DNA from: the human T2T-CHM13v2.0 reference genome, Homo sapiens | Length of the DNA stretch: 64,000 nt | Assembly (NCBI RefSeq): GCF_009914755.1 | Contig: NC_060931.1 | Strand: one strand, 5' to 3' | Shown here: positions 43,460 to 58,290 of the stretch, piece by piece | Layout of the letters: each line of letters opens with the position of its first letter | Position numbering within the stretch: position 1 is the first letter of the stretch | Notes under the pieces: generated by a model | The model's input: the letters and a program-made list of their open reading frames with translations, nothing else | What the model was told of the DNA's origin: nothing | Databases searched by the model: none | Position numbers and translations under genes: made by a program

Positions 43460-43945
43460 AAATTTACAAGCCAAGAAGGCAAATTAATTCCTTTCTTACC
43501 CTTTTATTTTTCTTGTTGTGGTTCTTTTCCTCTTTTTTATCTCCCCATGATGTCCAGACAGTAGTTATTCTTGTCCAAGTTTATCAAATTATCTCAGTTT
43601 GAAGCTCAGAGCCAATACTTCCGAAATGTCCCTTTCTGAAAGCTCACCGAAGTGTCTCTTCTGAAGGAGACATCAGGTTCCCCAGGAATCACCCAGCAGG
43701 AAGCATCACCCAGAATTATTCAGTTTTATTGGAGGCTGTCATTCAAAGGAGTTACGCTCACCATATAATTACAGATCCAGAATATATCATCTCGGATGGC
43801 AAACATTCTTAGCCAAGCAAATAAAAGAATTCTCTGATCCTTCTCACCCCACATGGAGGGTCAAATATTGAGAAATAGCTAGTCATTTGTTCAGGCTATT
43901 TTTAAACACACATTTCCAATGTACAGTCAATAAAAAACCACCCTT

Positions 43946-43965
43946 CACACACACACACACACACA
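43946..43965. repeat. (CA)10
   Basis: Direct read. Confidence 0.95.
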
Positions 43966-44289
43966 ATGAACTGTAGTTAAGGTGCACTTTCAAATCACTA
44001 AATGGAACTGCTGAAGAATGGGAACTTTCATTTCTTAACCCTTCTCCTTCCTCTCCCCCTTAAACTGTTCTGTACTTAAAATAGAAACACAGGTGCCCCT
44101 AAGCTGGATTCCCCTCTCAGAGAGGGAGCCACACAGCTGCATCCGCAGCTTAGCTGAGGCTTTGCCTTCTCTGTACAGACCTTCCTTCGCCCTTCTCACA
44201 AGGAGAACCGAGCCCTCTGACTCTACCTCCTCGCCAGGGCCTCAGGCTTGATTCTCCTATTGCCTCATCTGCCCCAATACCTCAAATCA

Positions 44290-44870
<581 letters not shown>

Positions 44871-44939
44871 TCAATATTCATTGTTCTTATTCTCTAAGTC
44901 AAAATTCAGACTTTGGAAAATAAATAATCACTTCAGGAA

Positions 44940-45135
44940 GTCTATTTATTGTACTATATGGTGACTATAACTACTAAGAATGTATTATATACTTGAAAAT
45001 TACTAAAACGGTAGACTTTAAATGTTACCACAAAAATATAAGTATGTGAGGTCATGGATATGGTAATTAGCTTGATTTAGCTGTTGCACAATGCACTGAT
45101 ATATAATTTTTATTTGTCAATTGAAATAAACAAAA
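44940..45135 (+). mobile_element. L1MA-type 3' terminal fragment
   Basis: gtgactataact...tacttgaaaattactaaaa...aagtatgtgaggt...aattagcttgattta...tttttatttgtcaatt. Confidence 0.75.
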
Positions 45136-45999
45136 TACAGACAATCATCACACACATTGTTAAAACATACAAAATATGCTCTGTGTTGTTAATGGACAGA
45201 CAGCCTTTCACTATACTTCTTAAAATATAAAACTTTTAAAAGGGTTGCTGCCCCTGGGGAAGGAAGAAGAGAGCCAGTTGTTGTGTTAGAGAGGCAGTGT
45301 CATCTGTGTCTGCTGTGTTTCTTAGTCGTTAACAAAAAGACAATGCAGCAAATGTAGCTAAACACACATTAACATTTGTTAATGGTGGATGATTGATATG
45401 GGACTGTTTATTTATTATTCTTTTTATTTTACTATTTCTATGTATTTTCTATTTGTTTATTTTATTTATTTTACTCTGTAATCTACTATGAATTGGTACC
45501 ATGCAAAATTTCAAAAAGGAGAAGAGACCCTCAAGGTGCAGTTTATGTTGAAAGAATGGAGAAGAATGGACCCAAACCTACCGGATGGCGGAAGGGCAGG
45601 GTCGGGGAGGAGCCTCCTCACTCACACGCGTCCACAGCCTGTAACCATCGCTCAACAGGAAGAAAAGGGAAGGACTATAGGTCCGCCTGGGACATATTTA
45701 AGATGCAAGAAATCAAGAAAATGTGACAACCCTGGAAGAGGAAGCAAAGGTGGTGCTAGCTGAGGAGACAACAAGGGAGCAGTGGGGATTTAAGAAGATC
45801 CCAGTCTCCAGGGTAGAGGACGCATCCCTAGGGGCCCAGACCCTGGGGCAGGTGCCACTAGGAACAGAGCACGGTGGGAGGCTGGGAAAGTGTCCGCCCC
45901 TGCCCTTTTCCAGGGAGGAGCTGGAAAAGAATGCAGGCAAAAGTCGGGGAGGAAACACTCATTCCTAATGAAATGAAATCTGTAACATCAAATAAAAAC

Positions 46000-46480
46000 A
46001 GGAGATGAGCGCGATGCTGGGACAAGCACACTGGCCTGAGCCAGGGGTGTCCATAGGGCGGGGGACAGGGAAAGCGAGGCACGGGGTGGGAGACAGGGAA
46101 GGCGTGGGGGACAGGGAAGGCACAGCGCCGGGGACAGGGAAGGCACAGCGCGGGGGTGCAGGGGCTGTGTGGGCAGGGAGGCGAGCTGAGAAACAGCAGC
46201 CCCAAGGGCCGACCCTGGGACTGCCAGTGTGTGGGACACCCTGTCTATAGTCCACTTCCTTTTTTTAAGAACCTGGATCAAGACACACGAAGAGCTGGCC
46301 AGGAGCTTGGAGGAGGGCAGCGGGGGCGGCGTTGCAGGCTCTCTGCAGCCCCCGGCCGCGCGCACCTGGCGGCCGCGCGCGCTGCGCTCTGGATGCCGCG
46401 TGAAACCGCAGGGCGCAAAGCAGGGAGGTGGGGAGGAGGCTTTGGAGACCACAGGTGCTGGGAAGTGGAGCCGCCAGGAG
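46000..46480. promoter_or_regulatory. Small intronic CpG-dense GC-rich element
   Basis: About 17 CpG in 46321-46420 and a NotI site at 46369-46376, against a CpG-poor background. Confidence 0.6.
46056..46180 (+). repeat. G-rich imperfect tandem repeat (four GGG(G/A)GACAGGGAA-type units)
   Basis: ggggacagggaaagc, gggagacagggaaggc, gggggacagggaaggcacagcgc, ggggacagggaaggcacagcgc. Confidence 0.85.
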
Positions 46481-47006
46481 GCCTGGGCCAGGTGACAAGG
46501 CCAGGCTGTGTGAAGTGGTGAGATCCTAGATGTATCTTGAAGGCGACAGACGCTATGAGGGTTGCAGGTGGAGTGGGAGAGCAAAGGGGGCAAAGAGGAC
46601 CCCAGGGTTCTGGCCCGAGGCACTGTGATGGCGGAGATGTCATCTCCTAGACAGGAAAGGATACCGAGGGACAGAGAGCTCTGCTTCTCACCTTCTCTGG
46701 TCTCTGAAGCAACTTAAATCCATGTGCAGGCAAGTGAGATTCTTGTTTTATACTTGTCTGACAAAGAGCAGGGGAAGGCCAGAAAGGAAACATAGACAGT
46801 GGAAATAATAGTCATGTTTTAGGGGAACATACGGAAAACCAGTATTTGAAAGGGACGTTTTCTACCTCAGTATCCTTACAAACATCACATTTTCAGCCAA
46901 GTGGTGAAAAATCTACATTTATTTTTTTCCCTCCGAGAACTGGTACTGGCATTAGGCCCTGTTTATCAACTCTTCAGGATCTATGTGTATACTACTCCCA
47001 TTGTAA

Positions 47007-47455
<449 letters not shown>

Positions 47456-48133
47456 TGATTTTTCTAGATTACACATTAAGGTCTATTTACTTTCCAATAG
47501 TTGATAGGAGTTTTATATACACAAGGCTCTGAATCAGAAATGGAGAGTTGAGTGGCCATAATAACATATTGTTATTTGTTGTTGATGACACAGTCATCAA
47601 GGGAAACAATGCAGTAATGCCATAAAGTTGTCATATCCTTTGATTCACGAATACATTTGCAGGTGTCTTTCATAAAGAAAACCTCCCAAATGAAAAAAGG
47701 CTTTTGGGATAAAGTGACTTTCACATTACTTATACCAGAATAAAAGAAGCAATGAGCAACAGGGCCGAGCCAACCTTCATCGAGTGCTAGCTGTGAGCTC
47801 CTTCCTGTGCTTGGCACTCATTTAATCCTCATAAGAATGCTGGGTGCTGGTGATTATGAGCTCACGGAACACACGGGAAGACAAGGCTCTAAGAGGTCAC
47901 AAACTGTATGTGAATAATTCAGAATCCAAATTCAAGCAAACAAAAACAAAAGCCACGCTTTTCCCTTTACACAGAAGATCATACAACCTTTAAAAGAACT
48001 ATGCAGATACTGAGAAAGGCTCAGGAGAACAAGGAACAAGAAACTCTGTTAGACTTGTAGGCACTGGACATGATTCTCCTACTCTACTCTTAAAACCTGC
48101 CATATGCAATTTATTTTGTTTTGAATATAAAGC

Positions 48134-48217
48134 TTTTTTTTTTTTGAGATGGAGTCTCACTCTGTCGCCCAGGCTGGAGTGCAGTGGCGCAATCGAGGCT
48201 CACTGCAACCTCTGCCT
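48134..48217 (-). mobile_element. 5'-truncated Alu (3' ~84 bp)
   Basis: T12 gagatggagtctcactctgtcgcccagg...aacctctgcct; TSD tataaagc (48126-48133 / 48218-48225). Confidence 0.9.
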
Positions 48218-50894
48218 TATAAAGCATTTTCTAAAGGTACAAGCTAAATTTTAAAAATATCTCTACACAACTGATGTATAACAAAAATTAGTTCTACCTC
48301 ATAAACACGTGGCTCAGCCCTCGGAACACATTTTCCTGTTCTCAACTGATGAACACTCCAAAAACAGAACAGATTTGAGCTTTTCCAGGCCCAGAAAAGC
48401 TCGCGAGGGGATTTGCTGTGTGTGTGACAACACTGCCACCCTGTGGCAGCACAGCTCCACACATGCTTTGGGCCGCATTTGCAAGTTCTCTGTAATCCCC
48501 CTGGAGACCCGGATCAGCTGGGTGGAAATGCAGGCTCTCTGTAAGCATAGGACTCAGGGCAGCTGAAATTATGGAGTTTCCTTTAAAATGTAGCTTTTAA
48601 TAACTTTTTCTGAAAATTTTATTTTACTGGTGGGCTTCCCTGTAAATGCCTGCCTCCAATACTGCAGAGGCTTCCATCAGAAACAACGCCACTCAACACG
48701 AATTCTGGAAACTTTTTTAGGGCTTTTGCTATGGAAATCACTTCAAATGTAAGCTCCGTCCATCTGTGAAACACTATAATGACACTATTTCTGTCACTGC
48801 CTGAACAGGGCAAATGGACAAAATGTCTCCAGACAGGTTTATTTTGTTGTTTGCTTGTTTTATAAGGCAGTGATTTTTAACTCTTTTACCAGAAGAACTT
48901 TAACTTTATGGTATCAAGAAATGCAGAGATATCTGATGAAGCATGTAGTAATACCTTTAGATTGGTCAAATTTATAGAATTTGGATTTTTTAAAAAACCA
49001 AGAAACCAAGAAGCAGGGCCCATAAAAGGCCAGTTACTTTCAAAAGTTCATTCTTCAGAGAAAGGCCTGCTAATGACTGGTCTGTTGTCCTGGTGAATAA
49101 CAGAACCAGGATTAGAACCCACGTCACTTTACTCCTACATCAGAACATTTGCACTTTATCAGACTGATATAATAATTTCTTTTCCATTTTTGTGTGCTGA
49201 ATTGCAAATTAACTCAGGTACCTTGTCTCATCCGTTAGCACAGTTTATCACTGCTGTTTGTGTGACTTAGGAAACAGAGACCCGAGAGCTAACTCACACC
49301 TTATCATTAACCGGCATCCACAACTGACTATGTGACCTCCCCGTGTCTTGGAGTCCAGATGTGTGGGATGACGTTAACTGCAGTGTAATCTGTTCCATGC
49401 TTTCACAGCTACACAGGCTGAGTTTGAGGAAAATCAATACTGACCATGTCCCCACTAAGCCAGAGTCCCCCGCAGGTGTCCAGTGCAGCCCAGTTTACAG
49501 CCTGAGGCACACTTTCTTTCACAGATACAGAAAGGAGTGTTTTCTGGAAAATGTAAAATTCCAGGAAAACTACTTAAAGTTAGTTGAAAGATGAGAATAT
49601 TTGCTATGATTCAAGCGCCCTTTGATTAAGACAGTGAAGATATATCTTGGAACAGAGTAAACTTCAGTTTCTAAGAAATTCACTAACTTTTCCAGAGAAG
49701 ATCAAATTTCTTTGACCATCTACATTAGGATTTTTTTAATGCAAATCTATTCTCATAGAGTCTTCAAGTTACAGACATAATAAACCACTTACATTTTCTC
49801 AAGAAAAAATAATACATAATAGTATCTGCAAACTTTCTGGAGGGCTCCGGTCAGGTTTACTCACCATTTCAGAACATTTCCTATGAGTGTCAGATGAGCT
49901 ATATAATTTCTAATCGCTACAATGAACCTACAAAGTGGGCAGTTTAGCAGATGAGGAAAGTGAAGATAGGTTCTGCATGCTGGGCCAGAATTGAAAGCTC
50001 GGCTTTAACACCCCAATGATGTAGGCTTGCCCTCGGCCTCCGCCAGGCTAAGCCTCTGTGCTCATCAGAGATTCACTATGACTTGAAGCTGAAGCTGTTA
50101 CCCTGTTTGCACAAAGACATAGAAACAGCCAGCAGGGGGAGCACCAATAAAGCCAATACTCACTGCAATGTTTCCTGTAAAGCAAGAAGTGCTAAGCTAA
50201 GCGCTAAGCTAAGGAAGGAAGGAATTCACAAGGAGATGGATCAGTGTTACATTTTATCACCGGATATACACAAAAGGAGTGCCTCTCACAGCCCAGACAG
50301 TGAACTAAGGGAAGGAAGAGCTGCAAAATCCCTTAAAATAGAGGACATTCAAAGCAGCAAAAGGATGATGTGACTCATGCCTCCGTTTGATCCCCTCTTC
50401 TGGTAAGATTAAGCAAGCACTGGCATCAAAATGTGCAGACTAGGATCAATGGCGTGGAAAAAATATGTAAAAACAACGGCAGAGTGCTCTTCAGAAATAT
50501 TACGTCACTAACATCCTTAATTGAAGAGAGCATCATAGCCAACATAAGTAGATATCAATAAATCTGATCAACCAATTCACCTCTGGCATTTGGATATTTT
50601 CTGTGTCTATATAAGGAAGATCAAATAAGCCCACACAACTAAGCACAGTGCCTAGAACAGACAGGACTGAAGCAGCAGGCATGGTCATCACTGGGAGCCA
50701 TTATTATTTTAAGTGCTGTACTGCCCTAGGGCTTGAAACCCAGTATATTCTTATTTATGAGTTAATATTAATCTATCACATTGAAGCCTTATTACTTTGA
50801 TTCATAGGAAAAGTCACCCTTGATTTTTAAAAGTGGAAAAAATATATCCCAGAAAACACCTCATATCAATAATATAACAAACTTCTTCCTTCTT

Positions 50895-51417
50895 TCACAG
50901 ATTCATAGTATTCAATCATGTAGCTATACCACATCTTCATGTACCATAGCTTCATCTACCAATCCCCTCCTGATGGGCATGAACATTGCTTTCATCTCCT
51001 GTTGTTACAAATAATGCCACAATAAACAGCCTTACACATGAATCATTTTAGATTTTTGCCAGTGAGTCTTCAGGGTAGATTTCTAAAACTAGGATTTCTG
51101 TGTCAAAAACTAAATGTATGTGTAATTTGGCTAGATACTGCCAAATTCACCACCATAAAGCTAGCACTTTGCATTTTGCTCAGCAATGCATTTAAGGGCC
51201 CCACAGTTTAATGAAAAAGGTGTAGTAACAAACTTTTGGGCTTTTGCCAATCCCATAGGTGATGAACAGTGTTCACTGTAGTTCATTTACATTTCTCATT
51301 ATGAGTAAGAGTTTTATCTCTTTCCTTTATTTATTTTCATTTTCTCTTTTTTGTCATTCAAGAGGGTTTTTTGTTTGTTTTCCCTAAAATCAAATTTATT
51401 AATATTTTCTCTGAGGT
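50895..51417 (-). mobile_element. L1ME-type fragment (host of the L1MA insertion, continues ~57242-57720)
   Basis: aatcccctcctgatgggcat...ttacaaataatgccacaataaaca...gatactgccaaatt. Confidence 0.65.
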
Positions 51418-54400
51418 CAAATTTATCAATGTATTGAAAAGGATAATATCAGAGAACATCTTAAACCTAGAGAAAGTTACCGATATCCAAAGAAGGTAAT
51501 AGAATACCAAGTAGATTTAACCCAAATACTACTGCAAGGCAGTTACTAATGAAACTCCCAAAAGTCAAGGATAAAGAAAGGATCCTAAAAGCAGGAAGAG
51601 AAAAGGAATAATATACAATGAAGCTACAATATGTCTGGCAGCAGACTTTTCAAGGGAAAACCTTACAGGCCAGGAGAGAGTGACATAACATATTTAAAGT
51701 TCTGAATGAAAAAATACTTTTACCCTAGAATAGTATATTCGGCGAAAATATCCTTCGGACATAAAGGAGAAATAAAGACTTCCCTCAAACAAAAGCTGGG
51801 GAATTTCTCAAATCTGACCTACAAGAAATGCTAAAGGGAATACTTTAATCAGAAAAAAACAGACATTAATGAGCAATAAGTAATTACTTGAAGGTACAAA
51901 ACTCACGGGTAATAGTAAGAACACAGAAAAACACAGAATATGATAACACTGTAACTATGGTGTATAAACTACTCTTATCCTAAGTAGAAAGACTAAACAA
52001 TGAATCAATCAAAAATGATAACTACAGCAACTTTTAAAGACATAGACAGTACAATAAGATATAAATAGAAACAACGAAAAGTAAAAAAGTGGGGAGATGA
52101 AGTTAAAGCATAATTTTTATTCATTTTCTTTTTGCTTATTTGTTTATGCAGCGTTATGTTCTAAAATAGTATTTGCAAGCCTCATGGTAACTTCCAACGA
52201 AATAACATACAATGGTTACACAAAAATAAAAAGGAAGAAATTGAATCATACCACCAGAGAAAAACACCTTCACTAAAGGAAGACAGGAAGGGAGGGAGGG
52301 AGAGAGGACCAGAAAACAGATAACAAAATAACAGGATTGAGTCCTTACTTATCAATAACATTGAATGTAAATATACTAAACTCTCAAAAAACAGACTGGC
52401 TGTATGAATGAAAAAACAAGACCCACTGATCTGTTGCCTACAAGAAACACACTTCACCTATAAAAATACACCTCAACTGAAAATAAAGGGATGGAAAAAG
52501 ATATTCCATGCCAATGGAAACCAAAAAAAGAGCAGGAGTAGCTATACTTAGACAAAATAGATTTCAAGACCAAAACTGTAAGAAGAGATTAAGAAAGTCA
52601 TTATGTAATGATAAAGGGGTTAATTCAGCAAGAGCATATAACAATTTTAAATATACAGGCACCAAACACTGAAGCATCCAGATATATAAAGCAAATATTA
52701 TTAGAGCTAAAGAGAGAGATAGGACCCAATAAAATAATATCTGGAGATTTCAACACCCCAATTTCAGCACTGGACAGATCTTCCAAACAAAAAGCAACAA
52801 AGAAACATCAGACTTAATCTACAGTGTAGATCGAATGGATCTAATAGATATGTACAGAATATTTCATCTAATGGCTGCAGAATACACATTATTTTCCTCA
52901 GTACATGGATCATTCTCAAGGACAGACCATATGTTAAGTCACAAAACAAGTCTTAAAACATTTTTAAAAACTGAAATAATATCAAGCATCTTCTCTGACC
53001 ACAATGGAATAAAACTACATATCAGTAATAAGAGGAATTTTGGAAACTATACAAATAATGGGAATTAAACAACATGCTCCTGAATTACCACTGGGTCAAG
53101 GAAGCAATTAAGAAGGAAATTAAAAACCTTCTTGGAACAAATAATAATGAAAACACAACATACCAAAACCTATGGGATACAGCAAAAGGAGTACTAAGAG
53201 GGAAGTTTATAGTCATATATGCCTATGTCAAAAAAGAAGAAAAACCTCAAACAAACAATCTAACTATGCATCTTAAAGAATTAGAAAAGCAAGAGCAAAT
53301 CAAACCCAAAATTAGTAGGAAAAAGAAATAATAATCAGAGCAGAAATAAATGAAATTAAAATGAAGACAATAATACAAAAGATCAATGAAACAAAACGTT
53401 GATTTTTTAAAAGTTAAACAAAATTGACAAACCTTCAGCCAGATGAAGAAAAAAAGAGAGAAGATACAAATAAAATCAGAAATGAAAAGGGAGACATTAC
53501 AACTAACACCGCAGAAATTCAAAGGATCATTGGTGGCTACTATGAGCAACAATATGCCAATAAATTGAAAAATCTAGAAGAAAAGGAGAAATTCCTAGAC
53601 ACATACAGTGTACCAAGATTGAATCAGGGAGAAATTTAAAACTAAAACAAATTAATAACAAGTAACAATATTGAAGCCATAATAAAAAGTCTCCCAGTAA
53701 AGAAAAGCCTGAGGCCTGGTGTCTTCACTGCTAAATTCTCCCAAACATTTAAACAAGAACTAATACCAATCCTATTCAAACTATTCCAAAAAACAGGGGA
53801 GGATGAATACTTCCAAACTCATTCTATGAGGCCAGTATTACCCTGATACCAAAACCAGACAATGACACATCAACAAAAGAAAACTACAGGCCAATATCTC
53901 TGATGAATATAAATGCAAAAATCCTCAACAAAATACTAGCAAACTGAATTCAACAATACATTAGAAAGATCATTCATTGTGGTCAAGAGACATTTATCCC
54001 TGGGGATGCAAGGATAGTTCAACATATGCAAATCAATCAGTGTGATACATTACATCAACAGAATGAAGGATAAAAACCATATGATCATTTCAATCGATAT
54101 TGAAAAGCATTTGATAACATTCAACATCCCTTCATGATAAAAATTCTCAAAAAACTGGGGATAGAAGTAACATATCTTAACATAATAAAAGCCATATACA
54201 ATAGACCCACAGCTAGTATCTTACTGAATGGAGAAAAACTGAAAGCCTTTCCCCTAAGATCTGGAACATGACAAGGATGCCCACTTTCACCACTGTAATT
54301 CAACATAATACTGGAAGTCCTGGCTAGGCAACCAGACAAGAGAAAGATATAAAGGGCATTCAAATTGGAAAGGAAGAAGTCAAATTATCCTTGTTTGCAG

Positions 54401-55382
54401 ATGATAGGATCTTACATTTGGAAAAACCTAAAGTTTCACAAAAAACCTATTAGAACTAATAAATTCAGTAATGTTGCAGGATACAAAATCAACCTACAAA
54501 AATCAGTAGCATTTCTATATGCCAACAGTGAACAATTTGAAAAAGAAATTAAAAAGTAATCCCATTTACAGTAGTCAAAAATAATATTAAATACTTAGGA
54601 ATTAACTAAAGAAGTGAAAGATCTCTATAATTTAAACTATAAAATACTGATGAAAGAAATTAAAGAGGATACCAAAAAATTGAAAAATATTCCATGCTTA
54701 TGTATTGCTAAAATTTCCATACTACCGTAAGCATTCTACAAATTCAATGCAATGTCTATCAAAATACCAATGACATTCTTCACAGAAATAGAAAAAAAAA
54801 TCCTAAAATTTATATGGAACTATAAAAGAGCGAGAATAGTCAAAGCTATCCTAAGCAAAAATAACAAAACTGAAGGAATCACATTACCTGACTTCAAATT
54901 ATACTACAGAATTATTATAACCAAAACAGCATGGTACTGGCATAAAAACAGACACACACACCAACAGAAGAGAGAACTCAGAAACAAATCCACATACTTA
55001 CAGCGAAGTCATTTTCAACAAAGGTGCCAAGAACATACACTGGGGATAACAGCGTCTCTTTAATAAATGGTCTGGATATTCATATGCAGAAGAATAAAAC
55101 TAGACTCCTACCTCTTGCCATATACAAAAATCAAATCAAAATTGATTTAAGACTTAAATCTAAGACCTGAAGCTATGAAACTACTACAAAAAAAATTGGG
55201 GAAAATCTCCAGGATATTGGTCTGGGCAAAAATTTCTTGAGCAGTACCCCACAAGTATAGGCAACCAAAGCAAATATGAACAAGTGGGATCACATCAAGT
55301 TTAAAAGCTTCTACACGGCAAAGGAAACAACCCACAAAATGAAGAGACAACCCAGATAATAGGAGAAAACACTTGCAAACTA

Positions 55383-55817
<435 letters not shown>

Positions 55818-56127
55818 TTATATCCAAAAGACAGGCAAAAACAAATGCTGGTGAAGATGTGGAGAAAAGGGAACCCTCATACACTGTTGGTGAGAATGTA
55901 AATTGGCATAACTATTATGGAGAACTGTTTGGTGGTTCCTCAAAAACCTAAAATAAAGCTAGCATATGATCCAGCAATCCCACTACTGGGTACATACCCA
56001 AAAGAAAGGAAATTAGTATATTGAAGAGATATCTGCATTCTCCCATGTTTGTTGCAGCACTGTTCACAATAGCTAAGACCTAAGTGTCCATCAGCAGATG
56101 AATGGATAAAGAAAATGTGGTACATAT

Positions 56128-56714
56128 TGTAAACCAAAAATGAAATTCTAAGGCTCCCTAACCATCTGAATGGACCCCTCTTCTCAGCCAAGGGGATTCC
56201 AGAGTTAACTTAAAAATCTAGTTCAGGCCATGACAGAAGAGGGGGTTGGACATGCCTCATTACACCCTCCAGCATTAACATCAACTCAGACCTTAAGTCT
56301 GCTAGGAAACATTTACAATATATTCTCTCTGAAGCCTGCTACCCGGAGGCTTCATCTGCATAAAACCTTGGTATCCACAACCCCTTATTTTAATCCAGAC
56401 ATTCCTTTCTACTGATAATAATGCTTTCAACAGACTGCCAATCAGAATATGTTTAAATCTACCTATGAGCTGGAAGTCCCCCAACACCCTGGTTTGAGTT
56501 GTTCTGCCCTTCCAGATTGAACCAATGTGAATCTTACGTGTACTGATTGATGTATTATGTCCCCCCAAAATGTATAAAAGCAAGCTGTACCCCAACCCCC
56601 TCAGGCACATGTCGTCAGGACCTCCTGAGGCTGTGTCATGAGTGCATCCTTAACCTTAGCAAAATAAACTTTCTAAATTGATTGAGACTTATTTCAGTTA
56701 CTTTTTGGTTTCCA
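56128..56714 (+). mobile_element. MER4-family (MER4B/D-like) ERV1 solo LTR in the L1
   Basis: tgtaaaccaaaaatgaaattctaagg...aaaataaactttctaaattgattgagac...tttttggtttcca; 4-bp TSD atat. Confidence 0.85.
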
Positions 56715-57724
56715 ATATACACAATGGAGTGCTAGTCAACTATGAAAAAGAATGAGATCTTGTCATTTGCAACAACAGGAGTGGAACTAGAGATCATCTT
56801 GTTAAGTGAAATAAGGCAGACACAGAAAGACAAATACCACATGTTCTCACTTATTTGTGAGATCTGAAAGTCAAAGTGACTGAACTCATTGACAGAGAGT
56901 AGAAGGATGGCACAGGTAGTGGGGAACTCACTGGGGAGGTGGGGATGGTTAATGGGTACAAAAAAGTATATAAAGAATGAATAAGGCCTACTATTTAATA
57001 GCACGACAGGGTGTCTATAGTCAATAATTACTTACTTGTACATTTTTAAATAACTAAGAGTGTAACTGAATTGTTTGTAACACAAAATATAAATGCTTGA
57101 GGGGATGGATACTCCATTCTACATGATGTTATTATTTCACATGGCATGGAGGCATCAAAGTATCTCCTGTACCCCATAAATATATATACCTAGTCTATAC
57201 CCACAATTAAAAATGGATTAAAAAAACAAATTTATCAATGTTTTCCATTATCACATTTGGATTTTTAGTCATAATTGGAAAAGCATTACCCACTCTCATT
57301 ATATAGATGAATTCACTTATATCTTCTGCTAGTATTTATATGGTTTCCATTTGCACACTTAGATTTCTGATTCATTCGATTTTTTTTCCTACTGTATACA
57401 ATGAAAACATCTACACTTTTCTTTTTTCCTTATGGCTATTCGATGATCACAACTCTACTTATCAGTTTATTTCCCCCCACAAATTTGATGTGTTGACCCT
57501 GTTGTATACCATGCTTCGATATACAATTAGCTCTACATGTTCTATTCTGCTTCATTGAGCTAGTATAATTGTAATTATAATTACTGTAATTATAAAGGTG
57601 CTAAAACCTATTTTTAAAACTGGTAAGGCTTACCCATTCCTCATGCTTTTCGGGGTTTTCCTTATTCTTGCTTATTTTTCCAAGAAAACTTTATAATTAA
57701 CTTAGCTCTGAAACAAAACCTGAC

Positions 57725-58290
57725 ACTGTGATATATATATATATATATATATATAAATATATATCACATACATATATATATGTCACATATGTATCACATA
57801 TATATATAATGAAATATAATTTAGCCTTAAAAAAGAAAACAATCCTGTCATTTGTGTCAACGTGGATGAAACTGGAGGACATTATGTTAAGTGAAATTAT
57901 CCAGACATAGAAAGAAAAATATTCCATGCTCCCATATGTGGAATCTAAAAAGTTGATCTCACAGAAGTAGAGAGAAGCTGGAGAGCGGAGTAGAAGGATG
58001 GGGAGAGATTGGTCAACAGGTACAATGTTACAGTTAGACAAGAGGAATACTCTCTGGTATTCTATCATACAGTTGTGTGACTACAGTTAATAATAATGTA
58101 TTACACATTTCAAAACAGCTAGAAGAAAGGGTTCTGAATGTTCTTACCACAAGGAAATAATTAATGTTTGAGGTAATGGATTTGCTACTTATCCTGATGA
58201 TGACTACACAATGTGAACATGTATCAAAACCATCATACTTTACCCCATAAATATGTACAATGATTATGAATCAATTAAAAATAAAATCAA
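57725..58290 (+). mobile_element. L1MA-type 3' end starting in an expanded (TA)n
   Basis: aatcctgtcatttgtgtcaacgtggatgaaactggaggacattatgttaagtgaaat...taccccataaatatgtacaa...ttaaaaataaa. Confidence 0.85.

Noticed and set aside
45988-46623. 211-aa and overlapping ORFs
   Set aside because: Stop-poor GC-rich and repeat sequence open in several frames; low-complexity Pro/Ala/Arg peptides with no recognisable domain.
52608-55063. L1 ORF2 fragments as a functional retrotransposase
   Set aside because: Many stops and frameshifts, 5' truncation and nested insertions; a dead element.
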